A stretch of 59,094 nt of DNA from Actinomycetota bacterium. GTDB lineage: Bacteria > Actinomycetota > Coriobacteriia > Anaerosomatales > UBA912. A model generated the notes under the pieces. The model was given only the letters and a program-made list of their open reading frames with translations, searched no databases and was not told the origin of the DNA. A program made the translations under genes and the position numbers. Below, piece after piece: positions 43,314-52,259 of the stretch (within the stretch, counting starts at the first letter, position 1; each line of letters starts with the position of its first letter). The DNA lies in assembly GCA_023488435.1 (NCBI GenBank), contig JAMDCK010000057.1, forward strand, positions 1 through 59,094. The letters are read 5' to 3'.

Positions 43314-44196
43314 GCGCGATCGCGTCCAGCCACGATATCGCCATCTCGGCCCAGCCCTCGCTCCGGTGACCGCGCGTGACGGCAACGTTCTCGCGGGCCA
43401 AAACCGCTTCGGCGACGGAAGCGTCATCAAGGCCGTTGCCCATCACGACGCCCAGCGCGAGCGCATCGGCCATCCCGACGTCGGCGACCGAGTCCCCCGA
43501 AGCCATCGCGTGGGCAGGGTCCACTCCTCGGCGGGTAAGGTCGAGCGCAACTGCCGAGGACTTGGAGACGCCCGCGGGCATCAGGTGGTACGCGTGCACC
43601 TCGGCCACCTCCACAAGCGTGGTGGCGATCGGGTGGATGACCCCGTTGTCGACGATTTCGACCTGCAGATCCAGCTCGCCGAGGACCTGCTTGGCGGCCT
43701 CGATGTCGAGCGATCCGCGCAGGACATGGGTCGCCTCGCGGTTCGTGTGATAGGGGGTGTGGTTTTCGATCTTGCCGGGAAACGCTTCGCGCAAGGCATC
43801 GAGCGCCCCGACCCGGTCGATCGCCTCGAACGGTGTCTCGCCCGAACGAAGCGAGTCTGGAGCCCAGACGCCGGTGTTGTAGATGGGTTCGGCGCCGCGG
43901 TCCGGCACCACGACGCAGCCGAGCTCGGCGATGAACCCTCGCCAGCCGCACAACCTCGCGATCTCCGCTGCCTGGATGCGGTTGCGACCGGTGCAGATGA
44001 CGACCTCGAGACCGGCGCTGTTGATGCTGACGATCGCCTCGGCAGCCACTAGGGACGGCCGCCTCTTGGAGTCGATGAAGAGCGAGCCGCCGATCCCGAG
44101 CATGGTCCCGTCGAGGTCGGTGTAGAGCAGCCGGATCGCAGGGAGTCTCTCGGCGAACAGCGGGTGCTCATCGATATACAGCGGTTTGGCGGCCAT
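43306..44196 (-). CDS. HAD-superfamily (IIB/Cof-like) hydrolase
   Basis: 296 aa. The motif I LLYTDLDGTMLG, a cap-containing middle region and the C-terminal GDSVADVGM motif. Confidence 0.65.
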   Translation of the reverse strand: MAAKPLYIDEHPLFAERLPAIRLLYTDLDGTMLGIGGSLFIDSKRRPSLVAAEAIVSINSAGLEVVICTGRNRIQAAEIARLCGWRGFIAELGCVVVPDRGAEPIYNTGVWAPDSLRSGETPFEAIDRVGALDALREAFPGKIENHTPYHTNREATHVLRGSLDIEAAKQVLGELDLQVEIVDNGVIHPIATTLVEVAEVHAYHLMPAGVSKSSAVALDLTRRGVDPAHAMASGDSVADVGMADALALGVVMGNGLDDASVAEAVLARENVAVTRGHRSEGWAEMAISWLDAIAHG

Positions 44197-44351
44197 CGTT
44201 CCTCGGCGGGTAGTGGTGGACGGGTCGGTCGGGCGGAAGGGTGTGTCGCTGCCTCGATTCTAACGCACGGACCCGGCGGGTGCGTAATCGGGTAAGAACC
44301 TGTATAAATGTATGCGCAGTGTAGTCGTTCACACGAGCCTACGAAACGAGC

Positions 44352-44969
44352 GTGCAACCGATGACAGTCGCAGACTTCGACATGCCATACCCGCAGTACC
44401 GCTGCCCTTCCTGCGCGAAGGACCTTCCCCTTGGCGAGGCGCGCATGACCATCATGTGCGCGGAACACTTCCCGGGCGGTGAGATCGATTTCGAGGTCCG
44501 AGAGGCGCGTTCGGCGGACCGCAAGGCGATCGAGGAGATCTGCGACCGAGCGCTCGGCGAGATCGAGGTCGACGCTTTCGACCGCACCTACGACATCACA
44601 GCGGGCATAAACCTGATCGCCGAGGTGGATGGCAAGCTCGCGGGACTGCTCTCGATGGCCGTGACTCGCGGCGACCTGGTGATCGTCCTGCTCTCGGTCT
44701 ATCCGGAGCACCAGGGTCGCTCGGTCGGCTCGGCGCTGCTCAAGGCTGCCATCGCCTACGCGGGCTCGCGCGGGTTGCCCCTGGTCAGGGTCGCGGTCTC
44801 CAACGACGACATCCCGCTGCTCTACTTCTACCAGCGCCACGGATTCACGATCTCCGACATCGCGATCGGGCGTCTCGTGGATGACTCCGGCTCGGCGGCG
44901 GCGGGTTTCTCTGGGATCCTCTCCCGCGACGAGATACACCTGCGCCGTCCGGTGTGTGACGCGCGCTAA
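44352..44969 (+). CDS. GNAT family N-acetyltransferase with N-terminal Cys-pair region
   Basis: 205 aa. VYPEHQGRSVGSALLKAAIAYAGSRG..VRVAVSNDDIPLLYFYQRHGF. Confidence 0.7.
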   Translation: MQPMTVADFDMPYPQYRCPSCAKDLPLGEARMTIMCAEHFPGGEIDFEVREARSADRKAIEEICDRALGEIEVDAFDRTYDITAGINLIAEVDGKLAGLLSMAVTRGDLVIVLLSVYPEHQGRSVGSALLKAAIAYAGSRGLPLVRVAVSNDDIPLLYFYQRHGFTISDIAIGRLVDDSGSAAAGFSGILSRDEIHLRRPVCDAR

Positions 44970-45041
44970 GGCGACTTCCGGCTGCTCGGTAGCATACCCG
45001 TCCTCGATTTCGGGTATATGAAGGTGACGGAAGGAGCGGGG

Positions 45042-45662
45042 ATGTTCAAGAACCGGACCCACGCAGGGACCCTTCTAGCAGCGCGACTCGCCGAGGAGAT
45101 CGCAGGGCGCTCCGACGTGGTAGTCCTCGGAATCCCGCGCGGCGGGGTGATCGTGGCGGCTCAGATCGCCAAGGAACTCGACCTGCCACTCGACGTGATC
45201 GTTACGAGCAAGATACCGGCCCCATGGAATGCCGAGTACGCGATCGGTGCTGTCGATTCCGAAGGGGAGGTCACCCTCAACACCCACTCCGGTTACTCGA
45301 TGGAAGAGGTCATGCACTATGCGAAGCCCATCCACGATAAGGTTCGGGCTCGCTGGGATCTCTTCCGAATCGGCCGAGAGCCCATCGATGTCTCCGGTAA
45401 GACGATCGTACTCGTCGACGACGGCATTGCTACTGGCCTGACGGCTTTCGCTGCGGTCGACTACCTCAAGCGACAGAAGGCCGGCTCGGTCATACTTGCG
45501 GTCCCAGTGATAGCTGCCGATGCGGCGCGTGTGATCCGATCGGGGATCGCCACGCTAGTGGCCTTGGAAGAGCCGGAGGTGTTCTACTCGGTCAGCCAGT
45601 TCTACAGGCAGTTCGATCAGGTGACCGATGACGATGTGATGCTCGCACTGAGAGGTGCTTAA
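45042..45662 (+). CDS. phosphoribosyltransferase family protein
   Basis: MFKNRTHAGTLLAARL start after GGAGCGGGG. PRPP-binding loop TIVLVDDGIATGLT. Confidence 0.8.
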   Translation: MFKNRTHAGTLLAARLAEEIAGRSDVVVLGIPRGGVIVAAQIAKELDLPLDVIVTSKIPAPWNAEYAIGAVDSEGEVTLNTHSGYSMEEVMHYAKPIHDKVRARWDLFRIGREPIDVSGKTIVLVDDGIATGLTAFAAVDYLKRQKAGSVILAVPVIAADAARVIRSGIATLVALEEPEVFYSVSQFYRQFDQVTDDDVMLALRGA

Positions 45663-46141
45663 ACGGCCTCTTCCTCCAACCGGGCTCGCCATCCCCAGTG
45701 GGTCACTAGGTATCCGGTGACGAAGGACACCGTTGTCATCAGAGCCATGTAGACTACGATGAGCGTTGGGCTTATCGGCTCTCTTCCAATCGCCATGGTC
45801 ACAATATGAGCCAAGGCTATCGGCGAGTCGGGCCATAGGGGAGCTCCCAGAGCGATGAGCCCCATTATCGCTACGTCGACCACCACGAAGATCGCTGATC
45901 CCGATTCCCAAGATAGCGGGATCTCATCAAGTTCCGACCAAGATGGCGATTGCCTTCCCATAGCCGCGAACTTGGCATTCCTTCCGAGGCACGCCGGGAC
46001 GATCATCAAAGAGATGGTGATGGCGATGAATGCCAGAAGAGCCAGAATCGCCGAACCGATGAGCTGAATGTCCACGCGAGATACCCCTCCTCCTTTGGCG
46101 TTTGCTGCATCCATGGTCTTGGATTCCGCTCGTTTTCGCAA
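45659..46141 (-). CDS. hypothetical membrane protein
   Basis: 160-aa ORF with 3-4 hydrophobic segments. No motif recognised. Confidence 0.4.
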   Translation of the reverse strand: MRKRAESKTMDAANAKGGGVSRVDIQLIGSAILALLAFIAITISLMIVPACLGRNAKFAAMGRQSPSWSELDEIPLSWESGSAIFVVVDVAIMGLIALGAPLWPDSPIALAHIVTMAIGREPISPTLIVVYMALMTTVSFVTGYLVTHWGWRARLEEEAV

Positions 46142-46215
46142 GCAGTGTTGCCAGCGGAAGTGGGAGTCAACGATCAGGGGCGGTCATTTTTTGGCTCCTA
46201 TAGGAGAGTGAGCAC

Positions 46216-46244
46216 TTGCGTATGCGAACATGTGTTCGTATAAT
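46216..46244 (+). promoter_or_regulatory. sigma-70-type promoter (TTGCGT-17 nt-TATAAT) with an embedded LexA (Cheo/SOS) box CGAACATGTGTTCG
   Basis: -35 at 46216-46221 and -10 at 46239-46244. The palindromic CGAAC-N4-GTTCG at 46225-46238 fills the spacer. It lies about 60 nt upstream of the first gene of a dnaE2-containing operon. Confidence 0.7.
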
Positions 46245-46277
46245 GGTTTAGCCGGGAATTCCAACACGCTGTCGTCC

Positions 46278-46326
46278 CCTCGGCAGACAAGGATCTCCCC
46301 GCCATGGGCCGCAACTCAGCGATCAA
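46278..46326. repeat. 49-nt direct repeat, copy 1 (start region of the DUF1016 gene)
   Basis: cctcggcagacaaggatctccccgccATGggccgcaactcagcGatcaa. 48/49 identical to 47459-47507. Confidence 0.92.
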
Positions 46327-47431
46327 ACGAACGGTCGTGGACCGCACTGAATTCGCAACATTGCTCTTCGACGTGAAGGGGCGCATCCAAAGTGCGCAGA
46401 GGAGGGCGGTGCTAGCCGTCAGCAACGAGCTCGTCTCCCTCTATTGGGACATCGGCCGAGTCATCGATGAACGTCAGCAACAGGAAGGATGGGGGGCAGC
46501 GGTTGTTCCGCGGCTTGCGCGTGCGCTGAAGAACGAGTTGTCGGACGCGAAGGGGTTCTCCGAGCGAAACATCAAGCTCATGCTTGCCTTTTACCGCGAG
46601 TACCCGGATCCCGCTGAGTTTCTGGATTCGGGCTCCTCAGAAAAAGTGCAACCACCGGTTGCACAATTGCCCGCATCCATCTTTTGGTCGATTCCCTGGG
46701 CGCACCATGTCATCCTCATGCAGAAGATCAAGAGTCCTTCTAATCGTCGCTGGTACATGGAGCAGACTCTCGTCAACGGTTGGAGCCGCAATGCCTTGGC
46801 CCTTCAGATCGATGCATGCGCCCATTCCCGTCATGGTAAGGCGGTTTCGAACTTCGCCGAGTTGTTTCCCGAGGCGCATTCCGACCTGGCTCAACAGACC
46901 CTCAAGGATCCATACATCTTCGATTTCCTGACGCTTACCGAGCCATTTCGGGAAAGCGAGCTAGAGACCGAACTCGTTAAGCACCTTGAAAGGTTCCTGC
47001 TTGAGCTCGGCCAGGGATTCGCCTTTGTGGGTCGCCAGTACCGGCTCGATGTCGCCGATGAGGATTTCTATGTCGACCTACTCTTCTATCACTTGCGCTT
47101 AAGAGCCTTTGTGGTCATCGAACTGAAGAAGGGGGGATTCAAGCCCGAGTATGCTGGCAAGCTCAATTTTTACTGTAACGCCGTCAATGATCTCCTTAAG
47201 CAACCGACGGATGCCCCCACTATCGGTCTGATCCTATGCCAGACGCGAAACCGCCTGCTCGCCGAGTACAGTTTCGCGGGCATCGACAGACCCATTGGTG
47301 TTTCAACCTATGAGTTGACGCGCGCATTGCCGAAAGATTTGCGTTCGGCGTTGCCGACGGTAGAGGAGATCGAGGCGGAGCTGTCGAGTGACGCGAGCGG
47401 CGACGAAGAGTCCTGCGGGAGGAAGTCATGA
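46304..47431 (+). CDS. PDDEXK-fold nuclease, YhcG/DUF1016 family
   Basis: 375 aa. The N-terminal helical region (NELVSLYWDIGRVI...EGWGAAVV..LA..L) and a C-terminal core with D..FY...LR.FVVIELKKG are both typical of YhcG-like proteins. Confidence 0.7.
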   Translation: MGRNSAIKRTVVDRTEFATLLFDVKGRIQSAQRRAVLAVSNELVSLYWDIGRVIDERQQQEGWGAAVVPRLARALKNELSDAKGFSERNIKLMLAFYREYPDPAEFLDSGSSEKVQPPVAQLPASIFWSIPWAHHVILMQKIKSPSNRRWYMEQTLVNGWSRNALALQIDACAHSRHGKAVSNFAELFPEAHSDLAQQTLKDPYIFDFLTLTEPFRESELETELVKHLERFLLELGQGFAFVGRQYRLDVADEDFYVDLLFYHLRLRAFVVIELKKGGFKPEYAGKLNFYCNAVNDLLKQPTDAPTIGLILCQTRNRLLAEYSFAGIDRPIGVSTYELTRALPKDLRSALPTVEEIEAELSSDASGDEESCGRKS

Positions 47432-47901
47432 AAAAAGTCGATCCTCTCCCCTCTCGTTCCTCGGCAGACAAGGATCTCCCCGCCATGGGCCGCAACTCAG
47501 CAATCAAGAACTTCGCTCCTTCCGCCGAAGGGCACCAGCTCGGGCTGCTTGAGCCCAGGCGGGACAAGGAGCCTCTGGTGCGCTCCCTGCTCTCCACCCC
47601 GTGGGTGTTCGTCGCATCCCGATTGCAGCGCAATGCCGACACGTGCGCTACCAAGCGCGTGAAGGAGCTCGTCGAGGTCACGCTGGATCCCGTCTCGGGC
47701 AGGGTCGTCTCGTTCACGCGGGCGGGGCGCAGCTACAAGGTCGATTCGGTCGTGCAGACGTGGGCGATCGAACGCCGATGGTGGGACCCCAGCGAAAGGC
47801 GCTCCAGACGCTTTTGGAGGGTGTTGGCCCGAGGAGGCGTCTGGGACCTGACGTACGACCGGCTTCAAAAGGTGTGGCATCTTGTCGGCGTGCAGGACTG
47901 A
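47428..47901 (+). CDS. small conserved-looking protein upstream of dnaE2 (W/R-rich C-terminus)
   Basis: ORF of 157 aa from ATG 47428 (ATGA overlap with the nuclease stop), or 138 aa from the repeat-encoded ATG 47485. C-terminus VSFTRAGRSYKVDSVVQTWAIERRWW...RRFWRVLARGGVWDLTYD...WHLVGVQD. I have a vague recollection of similar small proteins next to actinobacterial mutasome genes, but this is unverified. Confidence 0.5.
   Translation: MKKVDPLPSRSSADKDLPAMGRNSAIKNFAPSAEGHQLGLLEPRRDKEPLVRSLLSTPWVFVASRLQRNADTCATKRVKELVEVTLDPVSGRVVSFTRAGRSYKVDSVVQTWAIERRWWDPSERRSRRFWRVLARGGVWDLTYDRLQKVWHLVGVQD
47459..47507. repeat. 49-nt direct repeat, copy 2 (start region of the small gene preceding dnaE2)
   Basis: The offset from copy 1 is exactly 1181 nt. 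It contains an in-frame ATG at 47485 giving MGRNSAIK, the same first 8 residues as the nuclease. Confidence 0.92.
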
Positions 47902-47913
47902 CAGGCCGCTTCC

Positions 47914-50900
47914 ATGCCCTCAGGATTCGTGCATCTGCACGTACACTCGCAATTCAGCTTCATGGACGGCGCGGCGTCCCTGCCCGCGCTCGTCGCGCGT
48001 GCGGCGGAGCTCGGGATGCCGGCACTTGCGCTTACCGACCACCAGGGGCTCTCCGGTGCGATCCGCTTCTACAAGGCGTGCCGGGATGCAGGCATCTCGG
48101 CGATCATCGGGTGCGAGGTCGTGGTCGAGCCCGCAGGTATCCGTGGTGCCGACGAGTCCGACTTGCCACCGGACGCGCGCCTCTGTGACGCATCCTTTCG
48201 CACGGGGTTCGGGCGCGCCTCGGGCACCGGCTACCACCTCACGCTGCTATGCAAGGACATCGAGGGTTACCGCAACCTCTGTCGGCTGCTCTCCCGCACG
48301 CACCTGCGCGGGCCGAGCGAGCCCTCCGTCGTCACGCTCGCCGACCTTGCCGCACACTCCGAGGGGCTGATAGGGCTCTCGGGCTGTCCGCGCGGTGAGG
48401 TGCCGAGTGCGGTTGCGGCCGGCTCGCGGTCGCGCACGAGGGCTCGGCACGCCCTGCAGCGACTAGCGGGCTGTTTCGCGCCGGGCGACTTCTACGTCGA
48501 GCTCGTCAACCAGCTCGAACCCGGGAGCCCGCAGCTCTTGCGGGGGCTTCTTGCGGTAGCTGCCGAGGCGGGCTTGCCGGTAGTCGCCACCAACAACGTG
48601 CACTACCTCGAGGCGGTCGGTCATCGGCTGCACGACGTCCTCGCATCGGTCGGCGCCCGCATGCCGCTCCCGGGGCCGCTTGGCAGGTCGAACGCGGAGC
48701 TGTGGCTCAAGCCCGCCGCCGAGATGCGCCAGCTCTTCGAGGGCGTCCCGCAAGCCTGCGACGCCACGCTCCAGATCGCCGAGCGCTGCAAGCTCGAGCT
48801 GCCCCTGGGGCGCTTCCACTTCCCTTCGGCGGATATCCCGAAGGGCGAGACGCCCTACTCGGCGCTTGCGAAGGAGGCTTGGCGCGGCCTTGAGCGGCGG
48901 TATCGGCCGCTGGTCCCGGAGGCCATCTCGCGCCTGCAGCACGAGTTATCGCTGATCGACACGATGGGGTTCTCGGAGTACTTCATGGTCGTCAAGGAGA
49001 TCGTCGATCACGCCAGATCGCGCGGAATCCGCTGCTCAGGGCGGGGGAGCGCCGGCGATTCGATCGTGAGCTACGCGCTGGGGATCACTGATGCCGACCC
49101 CGTCAGGCACGATCTGCTCTTCGAGCGCTTCCTCAACCCCGAGCGCCGCCAGATGCCCGACATCGACGTGGACTTCGACTCGGCCAGGCGCGACGAGGTC
49201 ATCGACTTCATCTACCGGCGCTTCGGCGAGGCACACGTCGCGATGGTCGCGACCGTCAACACGATGACGGCCAGAAGCGCCGTGCGCGTGGTGGCACGCT
49301 CATTCGGCATGCCGAGGACCGAGGTCGACAGCCTCTCGCGGTACCTGCCGTGGGTGCGGGCGCGACACATCCGCGACGCGCTCGTGGCGTACCCCGAGTG
49401 CCACGACCACCCTTTGCGCGACGAGCGGCGCTTCGGGCTGCTGCTCGATCTTGCCGAGGAGCTCGACCGCTGCCCCATGCACCTGGGAACCCACCTGGGC
49501 GGTTTCGTGATCACGCGCGACCCGATTGCGAGCTGGACGCCTCTGCAGTGGGCGGCGAAGGGCACGGTGGTCTCGCAGTACGACAAGGACGACATCGAGG
49601 CGCTCGGGCTCGTGAAGATGGACATCCTGGGGCTGCGGATGCACTCGGCGATCAGCGAGGCCGTCTCGCTCGCCCGCGCGCGCAAAGGCGCCGAGGAGGT
49701 CCCCGAGCCTTTCGAGCTCATCCCCGACGACCCCGCGGTCTTCGCGGGGATCGCTGCGGGCGACACCGTGGGGATGTTCCAGCTCGAGTCCAGCGGCCAG
49801 CGCAACCTCTCGACACGCCTGCGGCCTTCACGCTTCGAGGACATCATCGCGCAGATATCGCTGTTTAGGCCTGGCCCGCTGCAAGCCGACATGATCACGC
49901 CGTTCATCCGACGCCGCCACGGACTCGAGCCGGTCGTCATCCCGCACGAGAGCATGCGCGAACCGCTGGCCGACTCCTACGGCGTCATCGTCTTCCAGGA
50001 GCAGGTCCTGCTGGTTGCCCGCGCGGTCGCCGGATTCGACCTCGCGCAAGCCGACATGCTACGCCGCGCCATGACGCGGGGCCGCAGCCACGAGGACACG
50101 GCTCGCATCCGCGAGAGCTTCATCGAGCGGGCGGTCGCGCGCGGGGTCGAGCAAAGCGTCGCCGAGGAGGTCTTTCGGCAGATCGAAGGATTCGCGGCCT
50201 ACGGATTCAACAAGGCGCACGCTGCCTGCTTCGCCGTGATCAGCTACGCGAGCGCTTGGCTCAAGACCCACTACCCGGCGGAACTTGCGGCGGGGATCAT
50301 GAACCACCTGCCGATGGGCTTCTACTCGGGCCGAGTGGTCATCAACGACGCCCGGCGGCACGGTATCGAGATCCGCGGACCGCACGTCAACGAGTCGATG
50401 CCGCGCTACACGGTCGAAGCCGACGGTCGCGCGCTCAGGGTCGGCCTGCGCGGAGTGCGCGGCGTGCCGCAACGCCTACTCGCCCAGGTGGAGCGCGAAC
50501 GTGTGCGCCGACCCTTCGCGGATGTCGGCGACTTCCTTCGGCGGACACACGCCGACGCCACTGCGGCCCAGTCGCTGGAGCGCATCGGGGCACTCGATGG
50601 CCTCGGCGGGGCCTCAAGCGGCAGGCCGACCGCCGAGAAGCTCGCGGCGGAGATGGAGCTCATGGGGCTCGCGCTCACCGCGCACCCGCTCGAGATCGTT
50701 GCAGCCGACCTCGACGCGCGCGGCGTCACGCGCGCTGCCGAGATCCCCGCGATCCCCGATCGCACGCAGGTGCGGGTCGCCGGTCTGCGCGAGCGCGCTC
50801 AGACGCCGCCCACCCGCTCGGGCAAGCGCACGTGCTTCCTCACGCTGGAGGACGCGACGGGGCTTTTGGATGTCGTGGTGTTCGAGGACGTGCTCGCCAA

Positions 50901-51027
50901 GACCGCCGAGACGATCGTCAAGGACTCGGCCTACATCGTCGATGGCATCGTGCAGAACAACCCGGAGCGCGGCATCGCGATAGTCGCCGAGAACGTCGTG
51001 CCGTATGACGTGCGTCGACCCTACTGA
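47914..51027 (+). CDS. dnaE2: DNA polymerase III alpha-type subunit, probably error-prone DnaE2
   Basis: 1037 aa. PHP N-terminus FVHLHVHSQFSFMDGA, polymerase core (FNKAHAACFA), C-terminal OB fold. The length, the N-terminal GLSGAIRFYKAC region and the upstream LexA box favour DnaE2 over replicative DnaE1. Confidence 0.8.
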   Translation: MPSGFVHLHVHSQFSFMDGAASLPALVARAAELGMPALALTDHQGLSGAIRFYKACRDAGISAIIGCEVVVEPAGIRGADESDLPPDARLCDASFRTGFGRASGTGYHLTLLCKDIEGYRNLCRLLSRTHLRGPSEPSVVTLADLAAHSEGLIGLSGCPRGEVPSAVAAGSRSRTRARHALQRLAGCFAPGDFYVELVNQLEPGSPQLLRGLLAVAAEAGLPVVATNNVHYLEAVGHRLHDVLASVGARMPLPGPLGRSNAELWLKPAAEMRQLFEGVPQACDATLQIAERCKLELPLGRFHFPSADIPKGETPYSALAKEAWRGLERRYRPLVPEAISRLQHELSLIDTMGFSEYFMVVKEIVDHARSRGIRCSGRGSAGDSIVSYALGITDADPVRHDLLFERFLNPERRQMPDIDVDFDSARRDEVIDFIYRRFGEAHVAMVATVNTMTARSAVRVVARSFGMPRTEVDSLSRYLPWVRARHIRDALVAYPECHDHPLRDERRFGLLLDLAEELDRCPMHLGTHLGGFVITRDPIASWTPLQWAAKGTVVSQYDKDDIEALGLVKMDILGLRMHSAISEAVSLARARKGAEEVPEPFELIPDDPAVFAGIAAGDTVGMFQLESSGQRNLSTRLRPSRFEDIIAQISLFRPGPLQADMITPFIRRRHGLEPVVIPHESMREPLADSYGVIVFQEQVLLVARAVAGFDLAQADMLRRAMTRGRSHEDTARIRESFIERAVARGVEQSVAEEVFRQIEGFAAYGFNKAHAACFAVISYASAWLKTHYPAELAAGIMNHLPMGFYSGRVVINDARRHGIEIRGPHVNESMPRYTVEADGRALRVGLRGVRGVPQRLLAQVERERVRRPFADVGDFLRRTHADATAAQSLERIGALDGLGGASSGRPTAEKLAAEMELMGLALTAHPLEIVAADLDARGVTRAAEIPAIPDRTQVRVAGLRERAQTPPTRSGKRTCFLTLEDATGLLDVVVFEDVLAKTAETIVKDSAYIVDGIVQNNPERGIAIVAENVVPYDVRRPY

Positions 51028-51473
51028 GCGGGGCCACCGCCGGGTGAGAACTCCTCGACAGACTCGGCGATGATCTCCGGTCCGGCCATGCGGATCGAAG
51101 CGCCCTCGAAGCGCTCGCCGATCACGCTGACGTGCATGCCTTCGAGCGGCTCCAGCATCTGGGTGATCTCGGCACCGTTCGCGATCACCGCGACGTTTTT
51201 GCCGTCGCCGGCCGCGGTCGTGTCGACCACGGCCCAGAAGCCGCCTTCGAGGTCGATCCACCTAAGCTCGCCGATAGCCTGGGCTTGCCCACCTTCGATG
51301 TCGTAGAGGCCGGGTGCAAGACCGCTTCCGGCGGCTGGGGGAGCGGGTTCTGTCGGCGCGGGCTCGGGTTGAGGCGCCGCATTGTCGGTCGCGGGCGGGG
51401 AAGTCGGAGCGCAGGCGGCGAACATCGCAACCATCACGAGCGCTAGGACAAGAAGCATCAGTCGTTTGCACAT
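51021..51473 (-). CDS. hypothetical lipoprotein
   Basis: MCKRLMLLVLALVMVAMFAAC lipobox, then a Pro/Ala-rich linker and a small globular domain. The start could be 51473 or 51482. Confidence 0.55.
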   Translation of the reverse strand: MCKRLMLLVLALVMVAMFAACAPTSPPATDNAAPQPEPAPTEPAPPAAGSGLAPGLYDIEGGQAQAIGELRWIDLEGGFWAVVDTTAAGDGKNVAVIANGAEITQMLEPLEGMHVSVIGERFEGASIRMAGPEIIAESVEEFSPGGGPAQ

Positions 51474-51594
51474 AGCGGGCATCCTTTCGGCGGGTGTAAG
51501 CAGCGAGGTAACCAGCCTAGCCGACATCGGCAACACAATGATAAGATACCGTGGCCTCGACGACGCGTCGAGTCATCCGCGTTCCTGCCGAGTA

Positions 51595-51670
51595 GCCCTC
51601 GTAGCTCAGGGGATAGAGCACAGGTTTCCTAAACCTGGTGTCGCACGTTCGAATCGTGCCGAGGGCACCA
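51595..51670 (+). tRNA. tRNA-Arg (anticodon CCT), CCA encoded
   Basis: Hand-folded cloverleaf. Acceptor GCCCTCG/CGAGGGC, D arm GCTC/GAGC, anticodon stem CAGGT/ACCTG with loop TTCCTAA, T arm GCACG-TTCGAAT-CGTGC, discriminator A plus CCA. Total 76 nt. Confidence 0.9.
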
Positions 51671-51731
51671 CGCAGCCGCACTGCGGGGGCCGCGGCCACC
51701 GGAGTAGAATTCGACACAGACTGGTGGGGGC

Positions 51732-51974
51732 ATGACACAAGCAATCAATCGAACCCTCGGCAACACCCTTCCAGGCATCGTTGTGACCAACATTGTCACG
51801 CTGGTGCTGGCCCTGTGGCAGGGGCTGGCGCTTACCGACCTCATTACAGCATATTGGATACAGAGTGTCGGCATCGGTGTCACCGTGTGGCTGAGGCTGA
51901 AGAGCATCCCGCTGGAAACGTATGCGACTGAGATAGCTACCGGACCTCCGTATATATCGTGGAGCGGGCGAGCT
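51732..51974 (+). pseudogene. probable 5' remnant of a membrane-protein gene, truncated by the IS481-type fragment
   Basis: The first 80 or so codons encode two hydrophobic helices (IVVTNIVTLVLALWQGLAL, YWIQSVGIGVTVWL). The rest of the 174-aa ORF is antisense to a transposase fragment and looks non-genic. Confidence 0.3.
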
Positions 51975-52259
51975 TCAGGCGCCATGACAGCCAGTGAGGC
52001 CGCGGCCGTGGCGCAGGCGCGCCTTGATGATCAGGCGGCGTCGGCACTCGGGCACAGATGGACGGACGCGATGGGGCCGCGAGCTCGCGTCCACAAGACC
52101 CTCGGGGCCGAGAGTGCGGTACCGAACCACCCATTTACCTGCGGTCTGGTGCGAGACGCCGGCCGCATGTGCGGCCGCACTTACCGTCCAGCCCGCCTCC
52201 ACACGTTTTGCGAGTACAAGTCTGCCGTGCATGGTCAATCTGGCGTTAGGATGTGACAT
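51975..52259 (-). pseudogene. IS481-family transposase, N-terminal HTH fragment only
   Basis: MSHPNARLTMHGRLVLAKRVEAGWTVSAAAHAAGVSHQTAGKWVVRYRTLGPEGLVDASSRPHR matches the typical IS481 N-terminus. The ORF stops after about 94 aa and no DDE domain follows. Confidence 0.7.

Noticed and set aside
51732-52256. Intact 174-aa gene next to tRNA-Arg.
   Set aside because: Only the first 80 or so codons look like a membrane protein. The remainder is the reverse complement of an IS481-type transposase fragment, so the long ORF is most likely a chimera created by truncation.
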